Virus record (IMG/VR): IMGVR_UViG_3300020048_002944
DNA from: a virus
Taxonomy: Duplodnaviria; Caudoviricetes
Direction: 5' to 3' (one strand)
Length of the DNA: 64,000 nt
Part shown: positions 1 to 13,100 of the stretch, in pieces
Layout: every line of letters starts with the position of its first letter
Numbering within the stretch: position 1 is the first letter of the stretch
The notes under the pieces: model-generated
The model's database searches: none
Told to the model about the DNA's origin: nothing
Seen by the model: the letters and a program-made list of their open reading frames with translations, nothing else
Program-made: the position numbers and the translations under genes

Positions 1-616
1 TAGTAGTGTATTCCATAATTGTAAATTATTAACATCCATCACATTACCTAATAGTATAACAAGTATTGGTTACGATGCATTCTATAATTGTGCATTATTA
101 ACATCCATTGTATTACCAGATAGTGTAACAAGTATCGCAGACCAAGCATTCTATGATTGTAAATCATTAACATCCATCGTATTACCAAATAGTATAACAA
201 GTATTGGTTACGATGCATTCTATAATTGTAAATCATTAACATCGATCATATTACCAAATAGCATAACAAGTATAAGCAGTAGTATCTTCTGCTATTGTAC
301 ATCTCTATCTTCTATAACAATACCTAATGGTGTAACAACTATTCGCAGTTCAGCATTTCAAGGTTGTACAGCATTAACATCAATTATATTACCTGATAGT
401 ATAACAAGAATTTATAATTATACATTCCAAGGTTGTACTAATTTAATCAATGTTACATGTAATCCAGTAACTCCGCCGGTAATTGACAATCCTAATGTAT
501 TTGGAAGCACTGTTAATCCTCTACTCGTGATAAGTGTACCAAGTGCATCGGTAGACGCATATAAAACAGCAAGTAATTGGACCACATTAGCATCTAGAAT
601 ACAAGCAGCTGCTTAG
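1..616 (+). CDS. BspA-type (LRR_5/TpLRR) leucine-rich repeat protein, C-terminal part (5'-truncated; absent from ORF track)
   Basis: Frame starting at nt 2 is open to TAG 614-616. It reads 23-aa repeats LTSIxLPxSITSIGxxAFxxC plus a typical cap (CNPVTPP...VPSASVDAYKTASNW). Confidence 0.92.
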   Translation, partial: SSVFHNCKLLTSITLPNSITSIGYDAFYNCALLTSIVLPDSVTSIADQAFYDCKSLTSIVLPNSITSIGYDAFYNCKSLTSIILPNSITSISSSIFCYCTSLSSITIPNGVTTIRSSAFQGCTALTSIILPDSITRIYNYTFQGCTNLINVTCNPVTPPVIDNPNVFGSTVNPLLVISVPSASVDAYKTASNWTTLASRIQAAA

Positions 617-638
617 TTAATTTAAAAGGAGAAATATA

Positions 639-2309
639 ATGAATATTTCAAGTGCTTATAAGTTTTTATCACCCATTGTATATCCCGGAGCTTTTATTAC
701 TCCAGTACAAGGTGTCCCAAGTAAGATAGCTCTTACTGATTCCCCGAGTCTTGTGGTAGTTTATCACAGTACTTTAGGTAACATACAAGTATTTAATGGA
801 ACATGTCAGTTACAACACTCATTTGGGTATGCTGATCCTTCTGTTACTCTAGAAGAAATGAACGCCCATCCAAACAGGTTCAATGTTATTAACAATGTAA
901 TCGTTTTCAATAACAGAATACATGTAATAACAGGAAATAATAGTCTTATTAAGATATTCAATTTAGCTACTGGTGCATTTATTGAATCTATAGCTGATTA
1001 TTTGCCGGATGATTTAAGATATATCACAGATATGGATACCGATTTTCTATACGGAATCAAAGATGATGTTATCACAGTATACTCTAAATCTTTTAAGTTT
1101 ATTAAATCTATTAAACTAACAAATAGTGCATGGACAGTTACCGGTAAAGTTGTACAAGTAGCTAACGGTTATGCTTATGTAACTAATGATGGGTCACAAG
1201 TTCATAAAATATCTATGACTAACCCGCTCAATAAATCAACAGAACCCGGAACATCAATAACTTCCACAAGTCCTATACTTTATAGACGTGGTAATAGTAT
1301 AGTATTAATAGTTAACGGTAAATCTAAAATTTATAATCTTTTAGATTTTACGAACAGTCCAGAAACAGAGTCAAATGTTTCTTCTACTATTTCTGGTATA
1401 TCTTCTACTACTTCTGGAAATGCTGCAGTATTACTAATAGACGGAACTTTATCTATTTACGATAACGAACCAAGTCTTGATGTAACGATATATGGGGTAG
1501 CAGACAGCACAATTTCTGGAGAAGGTATTATGTTTGACCCTAAGAACGTAGATCTCACAACAACAGTAGTAAGATCAACTGGTAAATATGTAATAGCTCT
1601 TTGTTCAGATGAGGGTAATTTCAGAAGACTTGATATTCTAAAAGATGAAAGTACTGGCGCGGTTGCAAAACTTACACCTGTTAAACAAATCTACTTAGAA
1701 GACATCGTAGGTCTACCAGAAAATTTCAATCCGACATCTATATCGGTTGGTAAAAATGAAGTTGGTGATAATATCACTATGTATATGGTTGAAGGTAATA
1801 TTATTTACATACTGAATATTGCTACGGAAACATTGATCGATACAATAACCCTTACTGGGTATACTAATGTAAAATCTTTACTTGTTGAGACAAATGAAGA
1901 TCCATTGGTTATAACAGACTTAAAACTTTGGACTATTGCTGATAATAAGCTTATATCTATTGTTATAGATACATCTGTTATAACTGAACGTCTTGATAGT
2001 ATTTCCCTAATTGGTACTAACGTATCGATACAGGAAGCTTTACATATCGGCGATCCTACTATTACACATAAGATATTTGTAGGACTATTGGATGAGACTG
2101 CTAATCCCGGTGCTAACACTCTAAGAGTATTTAACATCAAGACATCAGCATTCGAATCAATACCAAATAGTGACATATCAACAATATCAAACAAACCAAT
2201 TGTTATTAAAGGTAAGTATATCTACGTAACAACTCAATATGAAGTATCATACTATACATTTGCAGGAATTTTCGTTGGAAAGTTCGGTACTCAATTTATT
2301 AACGGATAA
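639..2309 (+). CDS. beta-propeller-like putative tail/baseplate protein
   Basis: AGGAG RBS; beta-strand-rich blade-like repeats; NHL-like ending (YTFAGIFVGKFG); lies in structural block. Confidence 0.55.
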   Translation: MNISSAYKFLSPIVYPGAFITPVQGVPSKIALTDSPSLVVVYHSTLGNIQVFNGTCQLQHSFGYADPSVTLEEMNAHPNRFNVINNVIVFNNRIHVITGNNSLIKIFNLATGAFIESIADYLPDDLRYITDMDTDFLYGIKDDVITVYSKSFKFIKSIKLTNSAWTVTGKVVQVANGYAYVTNDGSQVHKISMTNPLNKSTEPGTSITSTSPILYRRGNSIVLIVNGKSKIYNLLDFTNSPETESNVSSTISGISSTTSGNAAVLLIDGTLSIYDNEPSLDVTIYGVADSTISGEGIMFDPKNVDLTTTVVRSTGKYVIALCSDEGNFRRLDILKDESTGAVAKLTPVKQIYLEDIVGLPENFNPTSISVGKNEVGDNITMYMVEGNIIYILNIATETLIDTITLTGYTNVKSLLVETNEDPLVITDLKLWTIADNKLISIVIDTSVITERLDSISLIGTNVSIQEALHIGDPTITHKIFVGLLDETANPGANTLRVFNIKTSAFESIPNSDISTISNKPIVIKGKYIYVTTQYEVSYYTFAGIFVGKFGTQFING

Positions 2310-2316
2310 TAAATAA

Positions 2317-2328
2317 AACATTAATATG
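2317..2328 (+). promoter_or_regulatory. late-type motif AACA-N6-TG
   Basis: AACATTAATATG; lies just upstream of a hairpin, so function is uncertain. Confidence 0.35.
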
Positions 2329-2329
2329 A

Positions 2330-2362
2330 GCTCCCATAGCTTACTATGGGAGCATCTTTTTT
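2330..2362 (+). terminator. intrinsic terminator
   Basis: GCTCCCATAG-ctta-CTATGGGAGC followed by T tract. Confidence 0.75.
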
Positions 2363-2395
2363 ATTAAAAAATATTATATACAAGGAGATAATATT

Positions 2396-4090
2396 ATGGG
2401 ACTGAATTCGTGGTTTTCCGAATTATTTGGGATACATAGAGAGTATATCGACGAAACAGATAAACATCGATTCGTATTTACACCTCTAAGAAAAAACAAT
2501 CAAACACTATCTAAAAAAGGCGAAATTATGGTAGATGATACCGATAATGGAGCAGTTTATTACAAAAACACAGATGGAGAAATAGTTTCTAAAGATAAGG
2601 AACTAGAACAGAAAATACAAGACCTTCACGATGCGGGTATTGTACAATCCGCAATAGCCTTTCAAAACAATATTGGTATTTACCGAGTATTTGTTAAGGA
2701 CAATAAAGTTAGACTTGACGATGATTTAAGAATCTCCAGAAATTATAGATATTGGGCATTACGAGGTCCAAATCCGATTAATGGAGAAATGATATATTTG
2801 ACTGGAAACTTGGTTGCAGGTAATAGAGTTGAGAATGTGTTATGTGATGTAACTCATGATTACTCTGATCCTTCTATTTCTTATTCCGGAACAGCTGAAC
2901 AGGGAACATTACATACACCGTCATGGGTGAATGATAATCATATATACTATATCGATTTCTTTGACGATAAGAGAGTTCTTAGGACTTCTATTTCTTGTCA
3001 AAGTATTTTCGTATCCGCATTAGATTTCGCATTAGCACCAGAGAAGAACATTCTATGGTTATCTATTACGACAAATCAAGACGATTTAGATCCTATTACT
3101 GGCGAGAATGTTTGTTTCTTATACGAAGGTCAATCATTAGATTCCCTTAACGTATATGTACGAGCACATTATGCGGATGGTTCATATAGAAATATAAATC
3201 ATGAGATAGCAATCTCTAGATTAGTATTAAATATGCCTAATATACCTAATACTACGCAGGTTGGTGATGAATTTACAATAAGTGCTAAGTATTTCACAGA
3301 AGAATTAAATATCGGTGGAAATACTTACGATGATTCTAATTTCGCATCTATACATGTCAGCAAAAAACTAAGAATATATACAGATGTATACCTAAATGTA
3401 ATGGAATTATTACCTATACCATTAGTTGTTTCTAATGCGCCAGGTGTACGACAAATAGTTCTTAAAACATTTGCAAGATATGAGAATGGTTCTATCGAAG
3501 ATGTAACATACAATTCAAGATTAATTGTAGGTCCGCAATTTAGTGCTTATAACTTTGGTACATTGATGCAATTTGATGTGTCCATAGGACTAGGAACAGC
3601 TAATTATAAATACTTACAGTCTAATGTAGCATTGCGAATGAGTAGCATAGATTTCTCTTCGTGGGAAATGTTAACAGCGAGAAAAGAGTTTCCGTGCGAC
3701 ATCGCAAGATTCGATTACACATCAACACCAGGTGAGGTATACATGAGACTCGCCATCAAGGCAAACCCGACAAATACAACGACTACGGACATTATAAACA
3801 TGGGGCGAATCCCTGATGGAACAGGTGGATGGATTACTCCGACACATTTTAGAGTAAGGTCTATATTAGACACTTCTTTTACACATACACCATTGCCTAT
3901 AGCTATACAAGATTTTAATAAATTCAGAATAGAAGACCATAGTGTACCGAATAAGAAGTTATCTATGTATTCTTCAACAAATAATAATATACCTTATCCT
4001 GTATTACTAGAATTCGGGATATTTGAAGGTGAGGATTTTAAAAAGATATCTATGCATCCAGTATTAACGATGTATAATATTATAAATTAA
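2396..4090 (+). CDS. putative virion structural protein with Ig-like repeats
   Basis: Two Big-domain-like motifs (VRAHYADGSYRNI, FARYENGSIEDVT); AGGAG RBS. Confidence 0.55.
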   Translation: MGLNSWFSELFGIHREYIDETDKHRFVFTPLRKNNQTLSKKGEIMVDDTDNGAVYYKNTDGEIVSKDKELEQKIQDLHDAGIVQSAIAFQNNIGIYRVFVKDNKVRLDDDLRISRNYRYWALRGPNPINGEMIYLTGNLVAGNRVENVLCDVTHDYSDPSISYSGTAEQGTLHTPSWVNDNHIYYIDFFDDKRVLRTSISCQSIFVSALDFALAPEKNILWLSITTNQDDLDPITGENVCFLYEGQSLDSLNVYVRAHYADGSYRNINHEIAISRLVLNMPNIPNTTQVGDEFTISAKYFTEELNIGGNTYDDSNFASIHVSKKLRIYTDVYLNVMELLPIPLVVSNAPGVRQIVLKTFARYENGSIEDVTYNSRLIVGPQFSAYNFGTLMQFDVSIGLGTANYKYLQSNVALRMSSIDFSSWEMLTARKEFPCDIARFDYTSTPGEVYMRLAIKANPTNTTTTDIINMGRIPDGTGGWITPTHFRVRSILDTSFTHTPLPIAIQDFNKFRIEDHSVPNKKLSMYSSTNNNIPYPVLLEFGIFEGEDFKKISMHPVLTMYNIIN

Positions 4091-4115
4091 TGAGTAATTT
4101 TAAGGAGAATTTGCT

Positions 4116-7100
4116 ATGAAACGAAAATTTCTAAAGACAATGGATAAAGATACAATTCTTTTTGTCATGAATGGACGTATGTCATTAGCATATCACTGGG
4201 ATTATTATCAACAGATAAAAAATAACATTATGAAGGAATTTCAATACGAAATTCCTTCTTGTATTTTATTTAAGGCTGGTGATACGGTTGATTCTTGGAT
4301 TGATATGAATTATGCACATGCTGATGGTAAAGCCATCGGTATTTTAAACTTCCGACAACAAGCCATTGATGCATATAATAAACAAATAAGACAAGTACAA
4401 AGTATGGGTGGAACTATTCCTCCGGCAATATACACAGATAAAGAAGGATATGAATTCTTCATCGCTGTTAATGACGGAGAATACCAAAATATTAACAAAG
4501 AATTAATAGAAATTGGTAAGTATGTTGATATTTCACAATATAGTATATCTAGACCATATACACCATTCGATGATAGACACTTAATGGATGATATTAAATT
4601 AACATTCAAAGACGGTAAGAAACCGCTAAATTCTATCATTACATTTAATATGATGATGTACCCACATATAATAGATAAAAATAATGATAATATAGTATAC
4701 ATTCCTTATGGTTTAAGATTATCTACATATATGACAGTTGGGGAAATTGACGAGGTTCGATTATTTCCTAATATGAACGTAGTTAACTATGTAGTGAATG
4801 CACATAGACCAAGCAAAGTTTTCAAAGGGTTAGATAGACTAATAAGAATTTCTTCATCTGATGGACAAACCGACCAGTCAAAAGATTTTAGAAATTTTGA
4901 AGCACATACAATTAACCCATATGTTAAAGAAAGAATGGGTTCACTTCGTAAATTAGTAGAGTATTCTGTTACTGATGCTAAAGAAATTACTGGTCTTCCT
5001 ATTGTAGAAGTGACTGATGTTATTGAGATGCATAAAGACAATATATTTATACTTGTTAAATTAGACAATGGTAAATATAAATATTATGTACACGATATAA
5101 AAACTAATTTATTTAGAATAAATAACCATTCATTCGCTGCAAAAGAAATATCCAAATTAAAAATAGTAGAAGATAGTGTATTCGTTTATTATACTACTAT
5201 TAATAATAAATTGTATAATCTACAAGTATCTATAAAAAATATAGACATGTATGATGAACGACTTATATACAGTTCCAATTACGACATATCAAATCCCGAT
5301 TTTGATATTATTAGTAACTCAGAATTAATATTCAATTATAGAGAAGACGTTCCAACTGATAATATATCAGAAGCAAACAGTATAGAATTAAGAAAAGAAA
5401 AAGAGCTAGCAATAAATTCTTTTAATAATGAGAATCTTATTGCTATATGTGATAATACATTAATGATATTAGAAAAATATACACACAATGAATATAAATT
5501 ATATATAAGAAACACAAACAGTACAAATATAGAAAATATCGACTACTCTAGTTATTTAACATTTTCCAGTGATACTGAAGGAGCTTCAGATATTCAAAAA
5601 GCCGGGGTGTGGTATACTGGAAATAATAGATGGGTTATTAAAATAGGTTATTCATATTGGACTAGTGATGACGAAGGCGTCACTTGGGTAACCAATGTTT
5701 TTTCAGAAGATATATTAAAATCGCTAAACATAACATATGAAAATATAAACTACACAACCCCACCAGAAATTTCAGCGTACACCAATGTAACTTATAATGT
5801 TTATATATACGATGAATATATTATATTTTTGGTTTATATCGGTAACGGTTCGATTGTGCGTAGATTTTACGTATATAATAAATCAACAATGGAAAAAATT
5901 GGTGAATTCGGTGAATTCGGTAACTTTCCTGGGGGACAGTATGAAAGTTATTTAAGCTTAAACAATTTTAAATTTACATATACTGGTAATATATTCTTGC
6001 GTGTTTATAATAATTTAATATATATATATGATAGTGACTGGAAGAAGCTGCGAGTATTCTCAATGACTGGTGAATTAATATCAGTTAGAATATGTAGAAT
6101 ATGTACATTTGGTGAAAATTTCATAGTTGCTATGCAGTACGATGCAGTATCTCCATATAACGCCACTGTAAATAATACTGTAGATATATACGACACTAAT
6201 CTAACAATAGTTAAAAAAATAACAATAGGTGAAATATTCTATGATACAAGTGATCCACTAAACCCAATACCAAATATTCAAGCATTATATATTAATGGTA
6301 TTGTAGCGGATGATAATTATATTTATTTTCTAGATAACGCAAAAACGTTAAAATATGATTGGGTAAATAAGGTGATTGTAAAATATATAAATACTCGATT
6401 ACCGCTTAATTATTCTGCTACTTTATTTAATAATATTACTTATCAGATTAACAATAATAATATTACCGCATATTTAGAAGATCAAATGTTAACAGGACAA
6501 CCCCAAATACCCCAACCATCTGGTAGACATTTATATATATTAAATAACAACTTATATATGGTGAATAATAACAGCACATATAAATTATCAATAACGTATT
6601 ATAGAAATATATTAGATAATTTAAAAAACATCCAAACATTCAAATTCCAAAGTAATAAAGTATGTACGAATTACATATCCCAAAAAAATTCATACTATAC
6701 GTTCAATGAATCATACGGAACATGTAATAATAGATGGTCACACTATAATTATATCAAATTAACAAATAACAGGTATATTTTTATACCGAGTGATATATTT
6801 AATAATGACTATTACTTATTAGATGTTAATGGGGTTATGAAACTTGCTTCGAATTCATCATTTGTAGCGTTCTTTTTAAATAATAATCTTTACCCTGTTA
6901 AGTCGTTTGAATTTAACGAGGTACAATACGTTATAACATCAAACGGTAATATATATAAATATACAGATGGTGTATGTGAATTATATGATACATTGTCTTA
7001 TATAAATAACATAACACACGATGTAATTATTAAAGTTGTGGAAAATATATTATTTATAAATATATTGGATAATGTTATATCATATGATATAGATGCTAAA

Positions 7101-10100
7101 CAAATAATGCAAACGTCATATAATGAACTACAACCATTCCTCGACATACAGAAAAATACTAATGATATGTTGGTAAAATGTACTGACTCTATACAATTTT
7201 ATAATATATCGATGTATAAATGCTCTAATATAATAAATAAACTTAATTATAAATCAAATATAAATAATTCTAATATTGTAGATTTTTGTTTTGATGTGAA
7301 AGGTAACACTACATCGATAGCAATTGGTTCTGATTATTATATAATATTACACCCGGATTCTAACGTTAATAAAAATTCTATCACATGGTGTAGATATAGT
7401 AACATTAACAATACACTAGAATTATCAGACAGTGGAATTCTAAAAGATATAGAAAATAATATAGAATATATGGCTAATTATATATATGACAAACATTCGT
7501 TTAATATTTACACTATAGATAAATATATTTATATTTTAGGTGTATTCACAAATAAAAATAATGATAATATGTATTATATGTACAGATTAGGCGACAGAGG
7601 AGTTGCTAAAATATTCTCGATAGTACACAATTCTAATAAATTAATAAAAAGACCAAAAGACATACTACATATTAATAAATATTTATATCTTTTTAATGGT
7701 GATGATTTATTAGAATTAGATTATAATGACAGGGATAACGATCTATACATAGAAATAAAAAATAACACCATACTCGAAAACACTGGAGATATAAAAGGTG
7801 TAATCAAATTTAATGATAAGACGTTAACTTACGAAAACAACCAAGTGAATATATTCAATAACCAATACACCCTCGAACAAACAAAAAATATACAGAATAT
7901 AATAAATATTTCATTTTATGGTGATAATTTTTTAGTTATAACTAATGATAGTATTATATTATATGATGAAAATTTTGAAATTATCAACAATATGACAATA
8001 CCTGAGGTATTTGTGGATTGTTCGAACATATCCAATGTAGTGAGATATTTAGATTTTATATTCGTAGTTAAATATTTTAACGACGCATATGATAAAAGAT
8101 ACACACTATATAAATTCAAAATCGAAGGTTCGGAATTATTAGAAATAAATAAACTTGATATACCGGCAATCGCGGCAACAGTTACATTATCTATTGAGAA
8201 TAGTATTATATACATAACATATCAAACAACGAATAATATATCTATATTTAAAACATATTTTGATATAATGCAATTACAACAACACACCTTTAAAAATATC
8301 GAAATATCTAATAATTATCACAATATATTTATTGAGAATAAATTTTTATTTATTTCTAATGGAAGTATAAAAATATTCGATAATGATTTAATGGAATTAC
8401 ATGCGATAAATGCAAATGTGATTAAACCAGACCAAGTGTGTTATTATAATGACATATTATATATCGGTGGAATTGGTGTGTTACATGAATTTAAATTTTC
8501 TCTAACTACACCAGGAAATAAACCTTTAAAAATAACAGCTATTATAAACAACGTTAAATATTCGCAAATAAAATTAGATAGTAACATAGATTACATGTCT
8601 AATTTTAAGCATCGCAAAATATTAAAAAATACACTATCTAACAAACAAGTAATCGATATTCACAATAATACCCCAACTACAATAAATGTAAAACAATCGG
8701 TAGATAATATCGAAGATTATATTATTGTAAATGATGACGAATACCCAATAAATGGTCAGAGTATAGTAAGACAATATGATGATGCAGATCAAATAATAGA
8801 TATATTTGGTAATGCTGGTAGTCTCGAATTACATATAGATTCAGGGGATAGAATAAAAACAATTAATGATAATATTATCGATGATGCTCGAATCGAACGA
8901 AAAATCGAATTTGGTGAGTATAACGAAATATCTGATTATGTAGCACATTCTTTTAATGACGGTATAGAAGTAAGTCTTAATAAAAATACGTCAAAAATAT
9001 TAATGGATACAAAATATAATATATCAGGCAAGATACTTTTTACACACATACGAGAAAATAACACATATCTAATAGTTGAAAATACAGCAGCTCAAAGAAA
9101 ATTATACCGTATACTTAAGTTAAATTCAACCCATGAATTATTAGAACATGCTGTAATAGACAGTATATCTAATGTGATAACAAGTAAACAAATAGAGCAA
9201 CTTGTATTAAATTTAGTAGATAATAAATTGCGGAATTCGTCTATCATATTTAAATTAGTTGGCGATAATACACTATATGAATTAAATATAAACACAAATG
9301 AAGTATCGGATATATCCCACATCTTCGCAACAAATCAAGAAGTATTAGATATATATGATATATTACCTATTATTAATTATAAATACTTTATAATGATGTC
9401 TGATAATAATGAATTATTTCTCATTATATATTACAGGACGCGTCAAACAACTACCAATTCGGGCCAGATATGCACTATACTTTTCAAATATGTAACAGTA
9501 AATAATAATTTTCAGTTATTATGGATTAAAAGATTAGAAGATATATTATATAATAACGATGATGTTCCGTTATATATATCGTATAATATCATAATACAGG
9601 GTCAAAATATAATGATAGACAACAGTGGACCTTATTACACATGTATAAATATTAATAATTTAAATAATGTTAAATTTTTAAATAAAAATAATATTATCAA
9701 TTACGATATACACAACAATCAGTTCAATGTTATCGATCAGAAGGTCACTAATACTATATATGAAATAACCGATGATAAAATATTTGCAAATACGAGACTA
9801 TGCAATAGACCACAATCTCAGTTAACCGATATTATAAAATGTACTAAATCACAAACAACCGCTGAAGTATATTTAAAACATAAGGCCACATACAACGATT
9901 TTAATATAATAGAAAATACTAAATACATAGTAGATCAGGTAATATTTAATGGTAAATTATTAATATTATCTAATGAAGATGTCCCTAAAATATACATGTA
10001 CGATACAGATTTAAACTTCATACGAGTAATCAGTATACCAGAAGCATACAATGTAACAAATATATCTTCAACTGATACTAAGATATGTGTTTTCGGACGG

Positions 10101-13100
10101 AGAATTAGAAACAGCGATAACTATATAAATATATTTATATTGAATTCACAATTTCAAGTAGAAGAAATAATACCAACTGAGATTATGTTAGGCTATTCAG
10201 TTATTCGAATAATAGTATTTAATAATATAAACGGATTGTGTATACTAGTACAATTTGGTCTAGGTACAATATATGTATATAGTTATAATAATACACAGGC
10301 TCGGTATATTATGACACGTGTATTTTTTAGTGGTAATAATATTACATGTATAGATATTAGTGTAAATGAAAATAACATATCCATTATATATAATGAACAT
10401 ACTAACGTTAATGCCTGCCAATTATGGTCTACGATATTCGATAAAAATACATTGCAACCTATTCAAAATACATCCAAAGATAGTTTTAACATATCACAAT
10501 ATACTACAAATAATAATAATAATATACTCGCTAAAAATATAAATAATAAAACATACGTGTGGTTTGTAAATACATTATATAATAATAGAACGTTGAAAAA
10601 TATAAATAATAATAGTTTAGATTTTATATATTATAATAGTATGAATAGACAACTGGATATAACTCGACACAATATTCCATTGTCCGTAGAGCAATTAAAT
10701 CTACTAAATTTCAATATTCCACAAAACGAAATTAATTATATTAATTATATTGATGATAATTTATTAATATTGGAAACCCGATATCGCTACACCGTCAAAT
10801 CATATATAATAAATAATTCTATATTATATGAATTTACTAATAGTATACATTGTTTTGATGGTAATCACATATACAGAGCTAGTACAGTGTTACATAGTAG
10901 TGGGAATTATCGTGAATTAATAATAACTAAGCTCGACAAAAATAACCTCAGTGTACTAGAAACATACAATTTTGGAAATGTTTGGTTTGATGGATTACGC
11001 GATATAACAATTTATAAAAATAAAATATATGTTGTTATGCAGTTTGATGAGGATTATTCTAATACATTCATCATAATTATAGATATGGTGTCACATACAA
11101 AACAATCGTTTAGAGGTAAAAATTACGGAATATGTAAATATCTTATATATCGTGATAATATCTACATATATAACAGGGGGGCTTATTATAGTCGTTACGA
11201 TCTCAATATGAATTATATAGACTACCGGACACCAGGTATTCCTCCGCTTAATAGTGATATGCTTTGTAATTATAATGATGAATTTTCATATGTAGTATAC
11301 AATGCGCGTAACATACTATCATCAAATATAAAGAATATATACATACAACCATTAGAAGACGAAAATATTAAATGCGCTACATTCCATCAACATAATATGT
11401 ATTTTTTAAGCGGCACGTCAATTTTTAAGATAGTAAATCAATATGATACACAAATTATATTATCTACTAATAATATAAATAAAAAAGACACAGTTATATT
11501 AAAATCAAAAATATATGGAAACTTCAAACTAACACTAACTATCAACACGGTTACAAATATTTTAAATTGTCATATATTAAATACCTCAAATAATCAAGTA
11601 TATTCTAATGATGTAAATTTAAATACAAGCGATTACTTTACACCAAATTGTATAATTGATGATAAATTATTGCAGTTTCGAGATACTGATAATACTACGA
11701 TAATTAGATTAACTGATTTAAATTTTAATGTCGTGAACGAATTAACAATACCAACATCATATAGAATACAAAGTCACTCAAAGTCAAATTACCCTTATAA
11801 TATAGTAACAAATGATATATTTACATATGACCAATCGTATATATATACAGTATTATTAATTTATCGCAGCGGGTATAAGATATCTGGAATTTGTAAAATA
11901 TCAAAAGATCTCAATACTATTATACCAGAAGAATTCAATATTATAGGTAATGTATCTTATATGTTTATTAATATAATAATACACAATAATAAAATATTTC
12001 TTACCACTCCTAACTATATGGTTATTATAGATATCGATTTATTATCATATGCTCCACAAGACAGACCAACGATTACAGCCAACAATATAGAGGGTGGCCT
12101 AAGGAAAACTCCTGATATATACAATGAATATATTATATATCCCGGCAATCAGTATATTATGTTATATAATACTATATCACAATCGCAAAAAGTAATAAAT
12201 ATTGGTTCGAAATTTGAAAACGGTGCATATGATATCGCGGATATAAGTATATCAGATAATATATTGCCAGATGTACCACATTCTGATTATTTTCTAGCAA
12301 GATTAAGTGTATTTGACATATTTAAACAGCGTAATATAGTTTTTGATTTATGTCGTGATTATGTATACGAATTATCTGACACTATAACAATACCATTAGT
12401 TACTAATGGTGGCGATTTCGAGAAATGTAAATTAATATTCGATGGTGACAATTTAGTATATGATAGATTCGACCTAGATAATAATAAAATAATAACAAAT
12501 ATAATAGATTCTAATAATAATGTATCTGCGAACAGTATTTTACAATTAGATACAACAGCAGTAATAGTAAAATATATAAACTTAAAAATTTCAAATAATA
12601 ATGCATATTTATTATCAGATGCCAATGAAATACATATTATAAATTGTGATAATTATAATAAAATTAATGAAATATCATACGATACATTAAAACCAATAGT
12701 TCAACCAGCATTTAATTATACAAATCCTCAAAAATGGTTATATCTCTATATTTTAAATAATGATTTATATATAGTAGAAAAAAATAGAATATTGGTTATA
12801 GATAAAGATACATTTATTGGTAAAGCGATAATAACTGCACCGGCAAGTCAATTAGTCGGAGAAGAATCGTTTAATGAAATATATGTAGATATTAATAATT
12901 ATATATATATACGTATAAAGAATACAAATAAATTTATTATATATAAAGAAAATATTATAAACACTATCGTTACATTTGATTATGAGTTAGATATTGAACT
13001 TGAAATAAAAATAAAATGTGTTAATAATAATAATTTTTATCTAATAAATGGACTAAATACATATCATTTAGGTACCACTATAAATATTATATCTGGTAAA

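Noticed and set aside
1-300. 69-bp periodic repeats as a CRISPR array, or ORF 48..242(-) as a gene
   Set aside because: Repeats are in-frame LRR codons on the + strand with no unique spacers; the minus ORF is their shadow.
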